Assembly: GCA_026419455.1 (NCBI GenBank)
Contig: JANZZJ010000212.1
Span: forward strand, 1-51,817
DNA from: Candidatus Sumerlaeaceae bacterium
GTDB taxonomy: Bacteria > Sumerlaeota > Sumerlaeia > Sumerlaeales > Sumerlaeaceae
Length of the DNA stretch: 51,817 nt
Reading direction: 5' to 3'
Both the position numbers and the translations under genes were made by a program. Numbering within the stretch: position 1 is the stretch's first letter; every line of letters starts with the position of its first letter. Shown in pieces: positions 8,420-18,006 of the stretch. The notes beneath the pieces were generated by a model that saw only the letters and a list, made by a program, of their open reading frames with translations, was not told the origin of the DNA and did no database searches.

Positions 8420-9645
8420 TGCGCTCCGACTGCAACGGCCCTACTGGCGGCAGGGCAAGCGAGCCTTTGCTCGGATCGAGATTATTTTTCATAGCAAATG
8501 CCACAGAACCCGATGCCCCTACCCGTCTCCTCCTTGACATCTTACGACAGGCGAAGCAGTCGGGAGCGGATTGCTCTTTCTTCGCATGGTCGCGTGCTGG
8601 TGGTCTCGAAGAGTATGCCATGTCGCTTCTGGGGCACCGCCCTGTTGTTCTTAGGAAGGACGGGGCAATGGGTGACGTCGGCGCCATCTTGAAACTGCGA
8701 GCTCATGTTAAAAGTCAGAAACCCCACCTTGTGCATGTCATTCTCACTCGTCCTGGCATCTGGGTTCCCCCGGTGGTGAAAATGTCCGGTTATGCTCGCG
8801 TGGTCATTACGCAGCACGGCGTGCACGAGTGGAGCGAAGGAAATTTTCCAGAATGTCTAGTGCGCCGTGCGTTTTGCATAGGTGCAGCTTTTGCCGACAC
8901 TATTGTGACAGTATCACGTGCTGTGGCGCGTGACGTCGTCCGCGCCAACCCGTCGCTAGCCGGCAAGATTTGTACGATTTACAATGGGGTCGATACCGAC
9001 CGGTTCCGACCGAATTGTGCCGAATATCGCGAACAGCTCATCGCCAAATTATTTCCTGAGACAAACCCACAGAGGGTATTTCTTGTGGGGGCAGCAGGGA
9101 ATTTGCGTCCCATCAAAGGATACGACGTTCTTTTGCAAGCTGCTGTGTTGCTGCGTCATCTGTCGAACTTTCGGTTTATTGTTTGGGGAGAAGGCAGTGA
9201 ACGTGACCGACTAGAGAAGGCGATTGAATCATATGGACTCAAAAAATATTTTGTGTTGGGAGGCTTTGTGAACAATCTCCCGGAATGTCTTGCATCGTGT
9301 GACTGCTTTGTACAGCCGTCGCGCTACGAAAGTTTTGGACTCGCTGCAGCCGAGGCCATGGCGTGTGGCCTTCCCGTCATCGCTTCAAACGTGGGCGGTT
9401 TGCCAGAACTTATTGATGACGGACGCACAGGGTTTCTCGTGTCGCCGGAGCAGCCCCATGCGATTGCGTCTCACATCAGATTTCTTGCTGAAAATGCAGA
9501 TTTGCGTCAAGAAATGGGCAAGCTTGCCGCCACCCGAGTACGTCAATACTTTACAGTGGAGCGAATGGTGGGTGAATACTTGCAATTATACTCCCGGCTT
9601 TTGCAAGAATCGCAATCATGCCAGCATTTGACGTACGCGTTATAG
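8416..9645 (+). CDS. Family 4 (GT-B) glycosyltransferase
   Basis: The C-terminal motif is PSRYESFGLAAAEAMACGLPVIASNVGGLPELIDDGRTGFLV. Its start overlaps the response-regulator stop in ATGA. Confidence 0.85.
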   Translation: MMRSDCNGPTGGRASEPLLGSRLFFIANATEPDAPTRLLLDILRQAKQSGADCSFFAWSRAGGLEEYAMSLLGHRPVVLRKDGAMGDVGAILKLRAHVKSQKPHLVHVILTRPGIWVPPVVKMSGYARVVITQHGVHEWSEGNFPECLVRRAFCIGAAFADTIVTVSRAVARDVVRANPSLAGKICTIYNGVDTDRFRPNCAEYREQLIAKLFPETNPQRVFLVGAAGNLRPIKGYDVLLQAAVLLRHLSNFRFIVWGEGSERDRLEKAIESYGLKKYFVLGGFVNNLPECLASCDCFVQPSRYESFGLAAAEAMACGLPVIASNVGGLPELIDDGRTGFLVSPEQPHAIASHIRFLAENADLRQEMGKLAATRVRQYFTVERMVGEYLQLYSRLLQESQSCQHLTYAL

Positions 9646-10634
9646 AACCTCACGAATACGATTCATGGGACCATTTTGTGACCGCCTCCCGGCAGGGGAG
9701 TATCTTCCACACATCGCACTGGTGCGAAACGATTTCAGCCGCTTATGCTCCAGCACGTCCATTGATAGTGGGATGCTTTGAAAATAAAGCCCTAGTAGGG
9801 GGATGTGTGGCGCTTGAACGCGAACGATTTGGCATGCGCACGGCGGTTACTCCACTACTGTCGCCCTACTGTGGATTTGTGCTCGACACATCGGTTGGGG
9901 AGAAGATTTCTGACGCCATTTCACACGAACACGCGGTTCTCGAAACTATCAGTAGGTTCCTTATAGACAATTACTCTTATATCAACTTGGTTCTTGCTCC
10001 GCATCTGCACGATATCCGTCCTCTTCAACAGGCAGGCTACTTAATCACACCGCGTTTCACCTATCAACTTAATCTCCGGCTTTCCCCCGAAGAACATTGG
10101 CAAAGGTTCGATGGCAACGCCCGTCGCCAGATCAAAAAGGCTCAGCGCGAAGCATTCGAGCTATGCGAGCGACTTCCTCCCGCCGAAGCTTATAAACTTT
10201 TTGCTAATACCTTTGTCCGGCACGGGGAATCGTGCCCTGTTTCTCCCGAACTTTTTGGGGCAGTCGTGGAGCATAAGGCCCTCGATGGCTATCGCGAAGT
10301 AATCGCCGCTTGGGACGGAGACAAGCTGGTTGGCTTCGTGGTTCTGCTCCATTTTAGTAAGACCGTCTATTACGCGTTAGCGGCCAATGATGCTGAGTAT
10401 TTACCTCGTGGTGTGAGCTCGCTACTGGTGTGGGAAATTGTTAAACAGTTTAGCGGTCGCGAATGGGATACATTCGATTTTGTGGGCGCAAACACTCCAT
10501 CAATAGCGCGTTTCAAGGAAAACTTCAATCCCAAGCTTCAACTGTATTTTCAAGTCGAGCGCTATAGTTCCGCTATTCTCAAGCTTGGCAAGGAGGTTTT
10601 TGAGCGGCTTCGATCTGAAGGCTGGCGCGGTTAA
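9618..10634 (+). CDS. FemAB-like / GNAT-fold aminoacyl- or acyl-transferase
   Basis: Its length and layout resemble FemAB-type peptidyl/aminoacyl transferases ([51 protein letters not shown]). It overlaps the preceding GT4 gene by 28 nt. Confidence 0.65.
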   Translation: MPAFDVRVIEPHEYDSWDHFVTASRQGSIFHTSHWCETISAAYAPARPLIVGCFENKALVGGCVALERERFGMRTAVTPLLSPYCGFVLDTSVGEKISDAISHEHAVLETISRFLIDNYSYINLVLAPHLHDIRPLQQAGYLITPRFTYQLNLRLSPEEHWQRFDGNARRQIKKAQREAFELCERLPPAEAYKLFANTFVRHGESCPVSPELFGAVVEHKALDGYREVIAAWDGDKLVGFVVLLHFSKTVYYALAANDAEYLPRGVSSLLVWEIVKQFSGREWDTFDFVGANTPSIARFKENFNPKLQLYFQVERYSSAILKLGKEVFERLRSEGWRG

Positions 10635-11130
10635 GCTTCTTCACGAGCCGAGCAGGGTTTCCAGCGATGACACAATATCCCTCAGGGAAGCTCTTTGTGA
10701 CAACACTGCCAGCGCCTACAATGGTAAAATCGCCTAGCTCCACTCCTGGCAAAATTACCGCGTTCATGCCGATCCAGCAATGGCTACCGATTCTGATGGG
10801 TGGAGCAGGCAAATGGCGCTCCAATTGTGTCGGGTCGTGGTTGGCGCTGATCAAGCCGACATTGGGAGCAAAAATACTATAATCTCCTATTTCGATGCCA
10901 TTAATTGCCTGAATGTAACAGCCTGGCATGTCTCCGGGGTAAGACCCCCGGCCGCGTTTGACTCGCTCAGGGCAGACAACGCGCGACGTGAAATGCACTG
11001 GCCATGGCACATCGCTGTTAATGCGCAAAATGTGTTTAAAAGCGAGATACTGAAGATACGAACGCGTATCAACCAGCTCGGGAACGCCCAAAAATTTTCT
11101 CACGATTTTTCGCAAGTGGTATTCCACCAT
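10579..11130 (-). CDS. Hexapeptide-repeat (left-handed beta-helix) O-acetyltransferase
   Basis: The LbH repeats are [50 protein letters not shown]. Its 3' end overlaps the convergent FemAB-like gene by 56 nt. Confidence 0.8.
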   Translation of the reverse strand: MVEYHLRKIVRKFLGVPELVDTRSYLQYLAFKHILRINSDVPWPVHFTSRVVCPERVKRGRGSYPGDMPGCYIQAINGIEIGDYSIFAPNVGLISANHDPTQLERHLPAPPIRIGSHCWIGMNAVILPGVELGDFTIVGAGSVVTKSFPEGYCVIAGNPARLVKKLNRASLQIEAAQKPPCQA

Positions 11131-11251
11131 TTTTGCGGAAAGTCTTTTTCGTTACTGCTAAATAGCCTACTAAGTTACGGCTTGTGATCAAGCCGCTTTC
11201 GCCCCTTCTGAATGAAACAGCCGCGCGTTGTTGATATACTCTCGGGTAAGC

Positions 11252-12154
11252 ATGATTCGGTACCATTCATCGCTCTTTATCGCGTTGGTGCTTCTGATGG
11301 CAAGCGTACGTGACGTTTTATCTCAGGAAATGCCACTACTAGCCAATGCCTTGGAAATGTGTGCTCTCGACACAACCTATTACGTTCCTCTCGAAGCACT
11401 AAACGACACTTCGGATCCGGCCGCCATACCTGCTTACGATTATATTGATAACGACGGCGGAACTAACGTGATCAAGCCTTCGGAGGGCAAATTTAGTCCA
11501 TCACGTGTCCGACTTACCCATGCCTATTTCCCCTGGCGCGGTCCCTACCTCACTTTTCAGAGGGGGCGAACTCTAGCTACAGGCGAGCCATACGATCAGG
11601 GCAGCCCACTCGACCCTTGGGGGCAACCGTACTATTTCTTTTCGCCCCTAGGTCTCCTCAGGGGCGATAGTGGATCTGTGACCTTGGAACTTTATGGAGA
11701 TCAGTTCGATCGTTACACCATTGTCTCTCTCGGTCTGGACAGCGTGAAAAGTGCGGATGATTTGGTTTATTCCTTTGGTTCGGGGGTCTCTACTACTGCT
11801 ATCTCTAGTTTGCGCGGGCCGCACGTTGTAGGCGTAAGCCCTGGTCCGTTAGCCCGACGCGACTCGGGTTCTTCAGAAACCCCCGATTACGTCGTAGCTA
11901 GTGGGAGCCCCCTTACGATCAGAGGCGTAAATCTGTTTAATGATGCTGGGCTGGCAGAAGTGTTCTGGGGCAGCACGCGACTTAGAGACGTTGTAACGAC
12001 TAACCCGCGCGAAATAACGGTTGTTATCCCGCCGGTGCTCGAGGGAACCAACGAACTAGTGGTTGTGGCACCGGGAAAAGCCACAACAAATTCCGTGCGT
12101 CTTCAGATTACAGCCCCTACCTCTCAGGGCGAACTCTGGTACCTTTACGAGTAA
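11252..12154 (+). CDS. Secreted protein with a GspG-like pseudopilin globular domain (no prepilin leader) fused to a C-terminal IPT/TIG-like domain
   Basis: LANALEMCALD, WRGPYL, DPWGQPYYFFSP and YTIVSLGLDS mirror the conserved GspG blocks (ALDMYKLDN, DPWGxxY, SLGxDG). The N-terminus MIRYHSSLFIALVLLMASV is an ordinary signal or anchor without a G-F-T-L-x-E motif. The C-terminus SPLTIRGVNLF..VFWGSTRL..ITVVIPP..ELVVVAPG looks IPT/TIG-like. The track ORF starts at TTG 11228 and I prefer ATG 11252. Confidence 0.55.
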   Translation: MIRYHSSLFIALVLLMASVRDVLSQEMPLLANALEMCALDTTYYVPLEALNDTSDPAAIPAYDYIDNDGGTNVIKPSEGKFSPSRVRLTHAYFPWRGPYLTFQRGRTLATGEPYDQGSPLDPWGQPYYFFSPLGLLRGDSGSVTLELYGDQFDRYTIVSLGLDSVKSADDLVYSFGSGVSTTAISSLRGPHVVGVSPGPLARRDSGSSETPDYVVASGSPLTIRGVNLFNDAGLAEVFWGSTRLRDVVTTNPREITVVIPPVLEGTNELVVVAPGKATTNSVRLQITAPTSQGELWYLYE

Positions 12155-12188
12155 GTGGCCTCCAGCCCTTTGGTCCACAATTGCAAAT

Positions 12189-13085
12189 CTAGACAAATTC
12201 CTTCACGATCTCTTCGATCTCGTTTTTCTGCTGAGCCGCCGTGTGAAGCTTTTCTCGGATTTCGCCCACGCGGTCGGCAAGCGTTGGCTCGTGGCGAACG
12301 TGAATGATTCCGAGGGGGAAATAATGCTCACGTTGCGCTTCGCGCACCAGTCTTAGTGCAGCATCGTAATCGGTAGGATCATGATCTTCTGGCACAGGGC
12401 GCGAATGGGCCTTAAAGTATTCCCGATCCATGCCAGCGTTGAAGGTCACGCAAGGCGAAAGGCAATTGATGAAGCTCATCCCACGGTGTTCCAAGCCACG
12501 CAGAAACATTTCTGCCATGTGGTTAGGGTCGTGGCTGGCTGTCTGAGCAATAAACGTTGCACCCATTGTGAGAGCTGCCCAAACGGGATCTACGGGAGGT
12601 TCAAACGTGCCGTAGGGTGTGGATTTCGTTTTCATGCCCAACTCGCTGGTCGGTGCGGCTTGCCCTTTGGTCATCCCATAAATCTGATTATCCATTAAAA
12701 TATATGTGAGATCAACATTGCGACGCATAGCGTGGAAAAAATGGTTGCCGCCGATGGCAAGTGCATCCCCGTCGCCGCCTGTGGCAATAACGGTGATCTC
12801 CGGGCGAGCAAGCTTGAGCCCTGTGGCCACAGCTAAAGCGCGACCGTGAACGGAATGAAATCCATACGTATTCATGAAAAATGGAAAGCGGCTGGAGCAG
12901 CCAATCCCTGACACAATGGTTATCTCTTCTTCCGGGCGTCCATAAGCAATGAGAGCTCGATCGAGAGCTGCCAGAACGCTATAGTCGCCACAACCTGCGC
13001 ACCAGGTAGCACGCTCGCTTCCTTTATATGTCTTTCTGGAAGGCTTGCTCGGCTCGCTTGTCGGCATAGTAGTCGTACTGCTCAT
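12189..13085 (-). CDS. korB: 2-oxoacid:ferredoxin oxidoreductase, beta (TPP-binding) subunit
   Basis: Motifs are WCAGCGDYSVL and the TPP motif GGDGDALAIGGNH. I chose ATG 13085 because it overlaps the korA stop in ATGA and GGAGG lies ~7 nt upstream. Confidence 0.9.
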   Translation of the reverse strand: MSSTTTMPTSEPSKPSRKTYKGSERATWCAGCGDYSVLAALDRALIAYGRPEEEITIVSGIGCSSRFPFFMNTYGFHSVHGRALAVATGLKLARPEITVIATGGDGDALAIGGNHFFHAMRRNVDLTYILMDNQIYGMTKGQAAPTSELGMKTKSTPYGTFEPPVDPVWAALTMGATFIAQTASHDPNHMAEMFLRGLEHRGMSFINCLSPCVTFNAGMDREYFKAHSRPVPEDHDPTDYDAALRLVREAQREHYFPLGIIHVRHEPTLADRVGEIREKLHTAAQQKNEIEEIVKEFV

Positions 13086-14872
13086 CTCAGCACCTCCGGC
13101 CCACAATGATGTTTGAGATGTTGAAAGATTCCCTCGCGGATTTCGGCAGGCGAGAAGGGAAGACCATCGTCTTTGGTGATGCTCACCACCTCGATGTTGT
13201 TTTCCAAAAGTTCTTTAGTGAAGTGAGCGCGCAACATTTCGGCAAACTGCGCCGTGGCGTTGAGCTCGGGAATAAATAGTGTTTTGATCCCGCTCTGCAA
13301 AAAGCTGCGGATTGCCATTTCAGGCATAGGCCAGAGCACATGCGGCAGCAACGCCCGAATCGTTATACCTTCTTTTTCCAGCTCATTCAGGGTTTCTAAA
13401 GCCACCGGTGCCGTGGCTCCCCAACTCATAAGACCTAGTTTGCTTCCGTTACCAACATCGTATGCTAATGTAGTTCCGCGGAAAGCCCGCGCAATGGCCG
13501 CCATCCTTTTTAGTCGCCGTGCCACCATGCGCTTGCGTACCACCGGAGCAAAGTCGGGATTCCCAAATTCATTGTGTTCCAACCCTCCGCAACGGTACAT
13601 TCCTTCGGGAATGCCGGGAACAGAGCGCGGTGTGGGCATCCCATCCTCCGTGTCAGCATAGCGTTGAAATGGCCGTGGTCCGGAGGCAGGGTCCCAAAAC
13701 TTCTCCTCATAAATTTCTAGTTTATCAAAGTCAGGGGGATCTATCGTTTGCATTCGATGACTGAGCGATTGGCTGGAGAGAACTATGACAGGGATTTGGA
13801 ACTGATGGGCGACGTTGACGGCGCGGATGGTTTGTGTGAAACAGTCTGCAACCGTTTGAGGTGCGATGACCACACGGGGGATCTCGCCGTGTGAGCCGTA
13901 GGCGGCAAGCACCAGGTCGCCCTGAGCTTCTTTTGTTGGCATACCGGTGGATGGGCCTGCTCGCTGCACGTCTACCACCACTACCGGCAGCTCTGCCATT
14001 CCTGCTAAACCGAGCAGTTCAATCATGAGCGAAAGTCCGGGACCGCTCGTGGCGGTCATCGTTTTAACTCCGCCGTAGGAGGCTCCGATGCACATAGCGA
14101 GCGATGCGATTTCGTCCTCGGCTTGAAGCATAAGCCCACCCACTTTCGGAAGCTGGGCTGCTAGCCATTCCATGATCTCGCTTGCAGGCGTGATTGGGTA
14201 GCCTGCGAAAAATCTCACGCCGGCCGTCAATGCTCCCAATGCCACTGCCTCGTTGCCCGATAAGAGCATTCGTGCCATTCGATCTTTGGGCGGAAAAACC
14301 CAGCTTTGGGCTATAGCACAATGACGCGCCCCCTCCTCGTAGCCAGCGCGCAAAGCGTTGCGATTTGCAATGGCGATGTCAGGTCCCTTGGATCTGAAAA
14401 GCTCGTCGACCGCTTCCTCTGCGGTGTCCAAATCTAATCCTAGGAGTCCGAGCAGTACCCCTGTTGCGGCCACATTCTTACTACGAGCCGTTCCGGCTTC
14501 GCTTTCGGCAATTTCCTTAAAATTCACCTCCAACACACTTGCGTGCGCAGGGATCTCATCGCATCGGCCACCAAAGGGCGGATGAAGGACAAGTGAACCC
14601 TTGGGCAGCCGAGGTGCATTGTCGGCAACGGCCTGCCGATTCAAAGCCACTAGAATGTCTGGCTCGTTTCCTTGCGAAAGCAGCGGTGCATCCGAGATGC
14701 GAGCTTGAAAGGTTACTTGCCCGCCGCGCACAACAGCCAGAAAAGTGCTAAACGTATAAACTTGATACCCAAGGCGTGCGGCAGTGCGAGCAAAGAGTCT
14801 GCCCATGGAGATAATGCCATCGCCCGAGTCACCTTCAAAGCGCACCGTGAGGCTTTTTTGGTCTGATTCCAC
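13082..14872 (-). CDS. korA: 2-oxoacid:ferredoxin oxidoreductase, fused gamma-alpha subunit
   Basis: The N-terminal gamma-type domain is GDSGDGIISMG..VRGGQVTFQARIS. It is followed by the alpha domain (GNEAVALGALTAGVRFFAGYPITPASEI). No delta or ferredoxin subunit is adjacent. Confidence 0.9.
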   Translation of the reverse strand: MESDQKSLTVRFEGDSGDGIISMGRLFARTAARLGYQVYTFSTFLAVVRGGQVTFQARISDAPLLSQGNEPDILVALNRQAVADNAPRLPKGSLVLHPPFGGRCDEIPAHASVLEVNFKEIAESEAGTARSKNVAATGVLLGLLGLDLDTAEEAVDELFRSKGPDIAIANRNALRAGYEEGARHCAIAQSWVFPPKDRMARMLLSGNEAVALGALTAGVRFFAGYPITPASEIMEWLAAQLPKVGGLMLQAEDEIASLAMCIGASYGGVKTMTATSGPGLSLMIELLGLAGMAELPVVVVDVQRAGPSTGMPTKEAQGDLVLAAYGSHGEIPRVVIAPQTVADCFTQTIRAVNVAHQFQIPVIVLSSQSLSHRMQTIDPPDFDKLEIYEEKFWDPASGPRPFQRYADTEDGMPTPRSVPGIPEGMYRCGGLEHNEFGNPDFAPVVRKRMVARRLKRMAAIARAFRGTTLAYDVGNGSKLGLMSWGATAPVALETLNELEKEGITIRALLPHVLWPMPEMAIRSFLQSGIKTLFIPELNATAQFAEMLRAHFTKELLENNIEVVSITKDDGLPFSPAEIREGIFQHLKHHCGPEVLR

Positions 14873-15044
14873 GGCTCCCTACTCCCTGAATATCCAGCCC
14901 GATGGGCCACTTTGCCATTTTCAGGCTCTTACCCGTTCCCATTCGATAAACGTGTATAATTCAAGCCTAAAACTGGATCTTTGCTTCCAAATCCGGCTTG
15001 TCATTGCTTTTGTGTAGCAATACAGTTAGTGTTTTGTTCGTTTA

Positions 15045-15662
15045 GTGAAAGCGACGGTTTTTACGGCACATGGAAATTCTGCAAGAAAGGTCGAGCGGGT
15101 GAACGTACTGGCGTTTATTGGGTTTGGGCTTCAGTTAATTGGGCTAAGTTTATGGGCTGGCGGTCTCTTATATCACCTAGCGATAGCCTCACCTCTGGCC
15201 ATTCGTGAGCTCGGCAATCGTGTTTTGGCCGCCGATTATCTTTCCTCGTGCCTACGCAGGTTCCACACTTGGGAGGCCATTTGTGCTCTCGTTAATTTAT
15301 GTGGGGTGGGATTCCTATACGTAGCCCCAGTTACGTCGTTTCTGCTGTGGTTCGACGTTAGCCTCGTCCTTTTGATGTTCCTTGTCTTTGTTGCGTATGC
15401 GGGATTGTTGATGCCTCGGATAGACACACTACGCATAGAATTGCATGACGCGGAGGCCTACACACGCGAAGTTGAGCCGGCCGCCTTGCAAAGTTTTTTA
15501 ACTCTCACGACATGGTATCACCGTCTCATGTCTTTCAATGTGGTTATTTCGCTTGTGTTGCTTTTGGTTCTCACAGGTTTGGCGATGCGGTGCGCAAGTG
15601 CCCCAGAGGTCACCGGCCTTGATGCCTCGATGTTTGGCGGAGTGATGAATCAGTGGCCCTGA
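15045..15662 (+). CDS. Small polytopic membrane protein, function unknown
   Basis: It has four to five hydrophobic helices (VLAFIGFGLQLIGLSLWAGGLLY, LVNLCGVGFLYVAPV, SLVLLMFLVFVAYAGLL, VVISLVLLLVLTGLAM). The start is GTG and uncertain. Its end overlaps the next gene by 10 nt. Confidence 0.5.
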   Translation: MKATVFTAHGNSARKVERVNVLAFIGFGLQLIGLSLWAGGLLYHLAIASPLAIRELGNRVLAADYLSSCLRRFHTWEAICALVNLCGVGFLYVAPVTSFLLWFDVSLVLLMFLVFVAYAGLLMPRIDTLRIELHDAEAYTREVEPAALQSFLTLTTWYHRLMSFNVVISLVLLLVLTGLAMRCASAPEVTGLDASMFGGVMNQWP

Positions 15663-16339
15663 TTCGCGTTGAGGAGGTCGTTAAAGAATACATCGGACTG
15701 CATGGCGTCACCAGAGTTCTCGACGGCGTCAGTCTTGAGCTGGAGCAGGGGGACGTTCTGGCTGTCGTCGGGAAGAGCGGGTGCGGCAAGACTACGCTGC
15801 TCAATCTACTCGGCGGTCTCGATTCTCCCACAGCAGGTAAAATTTTCTTCGATGATTGTTGGCTGGGATGTCTCTCTCAAACAGGGCTTGCGAAATACCG
15901 AAACGAAAAAGTTGGATATCTCTTCCAATCGTACCTCCTACAACTCAGGCGAACTGCCGCGGAGAATGTTGTCTTGCCTCTGCTTCTCGCAGGGAAACCT
16001 TTACGCCAGTCTCTACGTCGGGCGCACGAAGCCTTGGAAGAAGTTGGACTAGCACACGTTGCCAATCAGAGAGTGGCACAATTATCGGGTGGACAAAAGC
16101 AACGTGTCGCACTTGCTCGTGCTATTGTCAATAAGCCGCCATTACTTCTGGTTGATGAACCCACAGGTAACCTCGACACGGTCACCAGCCTCGAAATTTT
16201 TGAACTTTTGTTAAATTACCGGAGCCGTTGTCATGCAACGATCGTCATCGTGACGCATGACCCTCTCGTGGAAAAATTTAAATTGCCGCTCATGACCCTT
16301 GCGGAGGGGAAACTAGTTCCCCATCTCGGCAGAGTCTGA
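15653..16339 (+). CDS. ABC transporter ATP-binding protein (MacB/LolD-type)
   Basis: Walker A is GKSGCGKTT, the signature is [14 protein letters not shown] and Walker B is [12 protein letters not shown]. The start is GTG. Confidence 0.9.
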   Translation: MALIRVEEVVKEYIGLHGVTRVLDGVSLELEQGDVLAVVGKSGCGKTTLLNLLGGLDSPTAGKIFFDDCWLGCLSQTGLAKYRNEKVGYLFQSYLLQLRRTAAENVVLPLLLAGKPLRQSLRRAHEALEEVGLAHVANQRVAQLSGGQKQRVALARAIVNKPPLLLVDEPTGNLDTVTSLEIFELLLNYRSRCHATIVIVTHDPLVEKFKLPLMTLAEGKLVPHLGRV

Positions 16340-16357
16340 AGACAAGGAGAATGTCCG

Positions 16358-17971
16358 TTGTTCGATCTGATTATTTACAATGCCAAGATAGTGGATGGAA
16401 GAGGCGTTTCCCCTTTTGTCGGTCATGTCGCCATTAAGGACGACGAGATCGTAGAAATCATTCCAGCTTCGACGCCAGAGTTTCCCCTTCCCTCTTCAAC
16501 GCGCAAAGCAATTGATGCTACTGGCCTCATTATGACCCCCGGCTTCATTGATGTTCATGGGCACAGCGATCTGAACATTCTCGCCTGTCCCGAGATGGAA
16601 TCGAAATTGAGGCAGGGCATTACCACTGAAATTATCGGCAACTGCGGAGAGAGCGCGTTCCCACTATTTGGGGCGTTTCGGCAGAGTACGAGGGAGGAGC
16701 TGCGCCGGCTCGACTTGGAACCGCGGTGGAACTCTGCTGAGCAGTATTTTACCTGTCTTGAGGCTATTAAGCCTGCCTGCAACATTGCTAGCTGCGTCGG
16801 TCATGGATCCGTTCGTGCAGCGGTGATGGGCTACGGCGACAACGAACCCACGAATGCCGAACTAGGCCAAATGAAACGCGAAATCGCTCTTGCCCTGCAG
16901 GCTGGAGCCATTGGAATGTCAACGGGGCTCATTTACCCACCTGGCATTTTCTCGACAGTGGATGAAATAGCTCAGCTGCAATGCACAGCCCGGGAGTATG
17001 GAGGAATCTACTCATCACACATTCGTAGTGAAGGTGATTTGTTATTACAGGCTGCTAATGAGTTTATCGAAATAATAGGTAAAACGGGATCGCAGGGGCA
17101 ATTTAGCCATCTCAAAGCATCAGGGCGGCGAAATTGGGGCAAAGTACAGCTCGTCATCGACACGATTGAGGAGGCAATTACCCGCGGAGCAAATATCTGG
17201 TGGGATAAGTATCCGTATATTGCATCCAGTACGAGTCTCGCGTCGCTCCTCCCGAAGTGGGTGTTGGCTGGAGGCCGTGACGCGGCAATCGAGCGCCTGC
17301 GCGATAAATCTACCCAACTGGAGATCATTGCGGAAGCTGAACGCGCAAACGAAGGATGCGACGGCTGGGAGTCAGTTCTTGTAGTAGATGCAGCGTGCGA
17401 CGAGTACACAGAACTCCAAGGTTTCTCTATCGGCGAAGCGGCGCGAAGAAAGAAAGTCGAAGCAGGAGAACTTTTTCTCTCCCTGCTTGTCGCTTCTGAG
17501 CTCAGGGCTGCCATCTGTAACTTCACGATGAATTGGCAAGAGACAGACCTTGCCATCTTGCATGCTCGAGGCATGGTTTGCACGGATGCCGCCTGCCGAG
17601 CCCCCAAGGGCGTTCTGTCACATGACAGTCCTCACCCTCGCGCCTATGGAACATTCGGTGCCTTCTTTCGTCGGTACGTTAAAGAAAAGAGGTTGCTTTC
17701 TCTCGAGGAGGCCGTTCGTAAGGTCACATCTTTTCCGTGCGAGGTTTTCGGAATTAAAAAGCGCGGGCGTATTCAAAAAGGATATTTTGCTGACTTGTTA
17801 CTCATTGAGTGGGATAGTTTTCGGGACGCTTCTGACTTTAGCGCACCTCACCGTTTTTGCGAAGGCTTAAGGACTGTTGTGGTGAACGGTAAAATCACAT
17901 TTCACGATGGAGCCTATACTGGACTCCGAGGCGGACGCGTTCTCAGACGATGCAAAGATGGCATCGCATGA
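16358..17971 (+). CDS. N-acyl-D-amino-acid deacylase (D-aminoacylase) family amidohydrolase
   Basis: The metal-binding motif is PGFIDVHGHSD. The length and the C-terminal DLLLIEWDSF..VVNGKITFHDG are typical of the family. The start is TTG, with AAGGAGA 6 nt upstream. Confidence 0.8.
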   Translation: MFDLIIYNAKIVDGRGVSPFVGHVAIKDDEIVEIIPASTPEFPLPSSTRKAIDATGLIMTPGFIDVHGHSDLNILACPEMESKLRQGITTEIIGNCGESAFPLFGAFRQSTREELRRLDLEPRWNSAEQYFTCLEAIKPACNIASCVGHGSVRAAVMGYGDNEPTNAELGQMKREIALALQAGAIGMSTGLIYPPGIFSTVDEIAQLQCTAREYGGIYSSHIRSEGDLLLQAANEFIEIIGKTGSQGQFSHLKASGRRNWGKVQLVIDTIEEAITRGANIWWDKYPYIASSTSLASLLPKWVLAGGRDAAIERLRDKSTQLEIIAEAERANEGCDGWESVLVVDAACDEYTELQGFSIGEAARRKKVEAGELFLSLLVASELRAAICNFTMNWQETDLAILHARGMVCTDAACRAPKGVLSHDSPHPRAYGTFGAFFRRYVKEKRLLSLEEAVRKVTSFPCEVFGIKKRGRIQKGYFADLLLIEWDSFRDASDFSAPHRFCEGLRTVVVNGKITFHDGAYTGLRGGRVLRRCKDGIA

Positions 17972-18006
17972 AATATACAGCCACATTCGATTCTTCGAGA
18001 AAAGAA

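Noticed and set aside
14990-15005. CCGGCTTGTCATTGCT upstream of the 15045 membrane protein, considered as a -24/-12 candidate.
   Set aside because: The spacing is one nucleotide too short, and the -24 box lacks the TGGCAC core.
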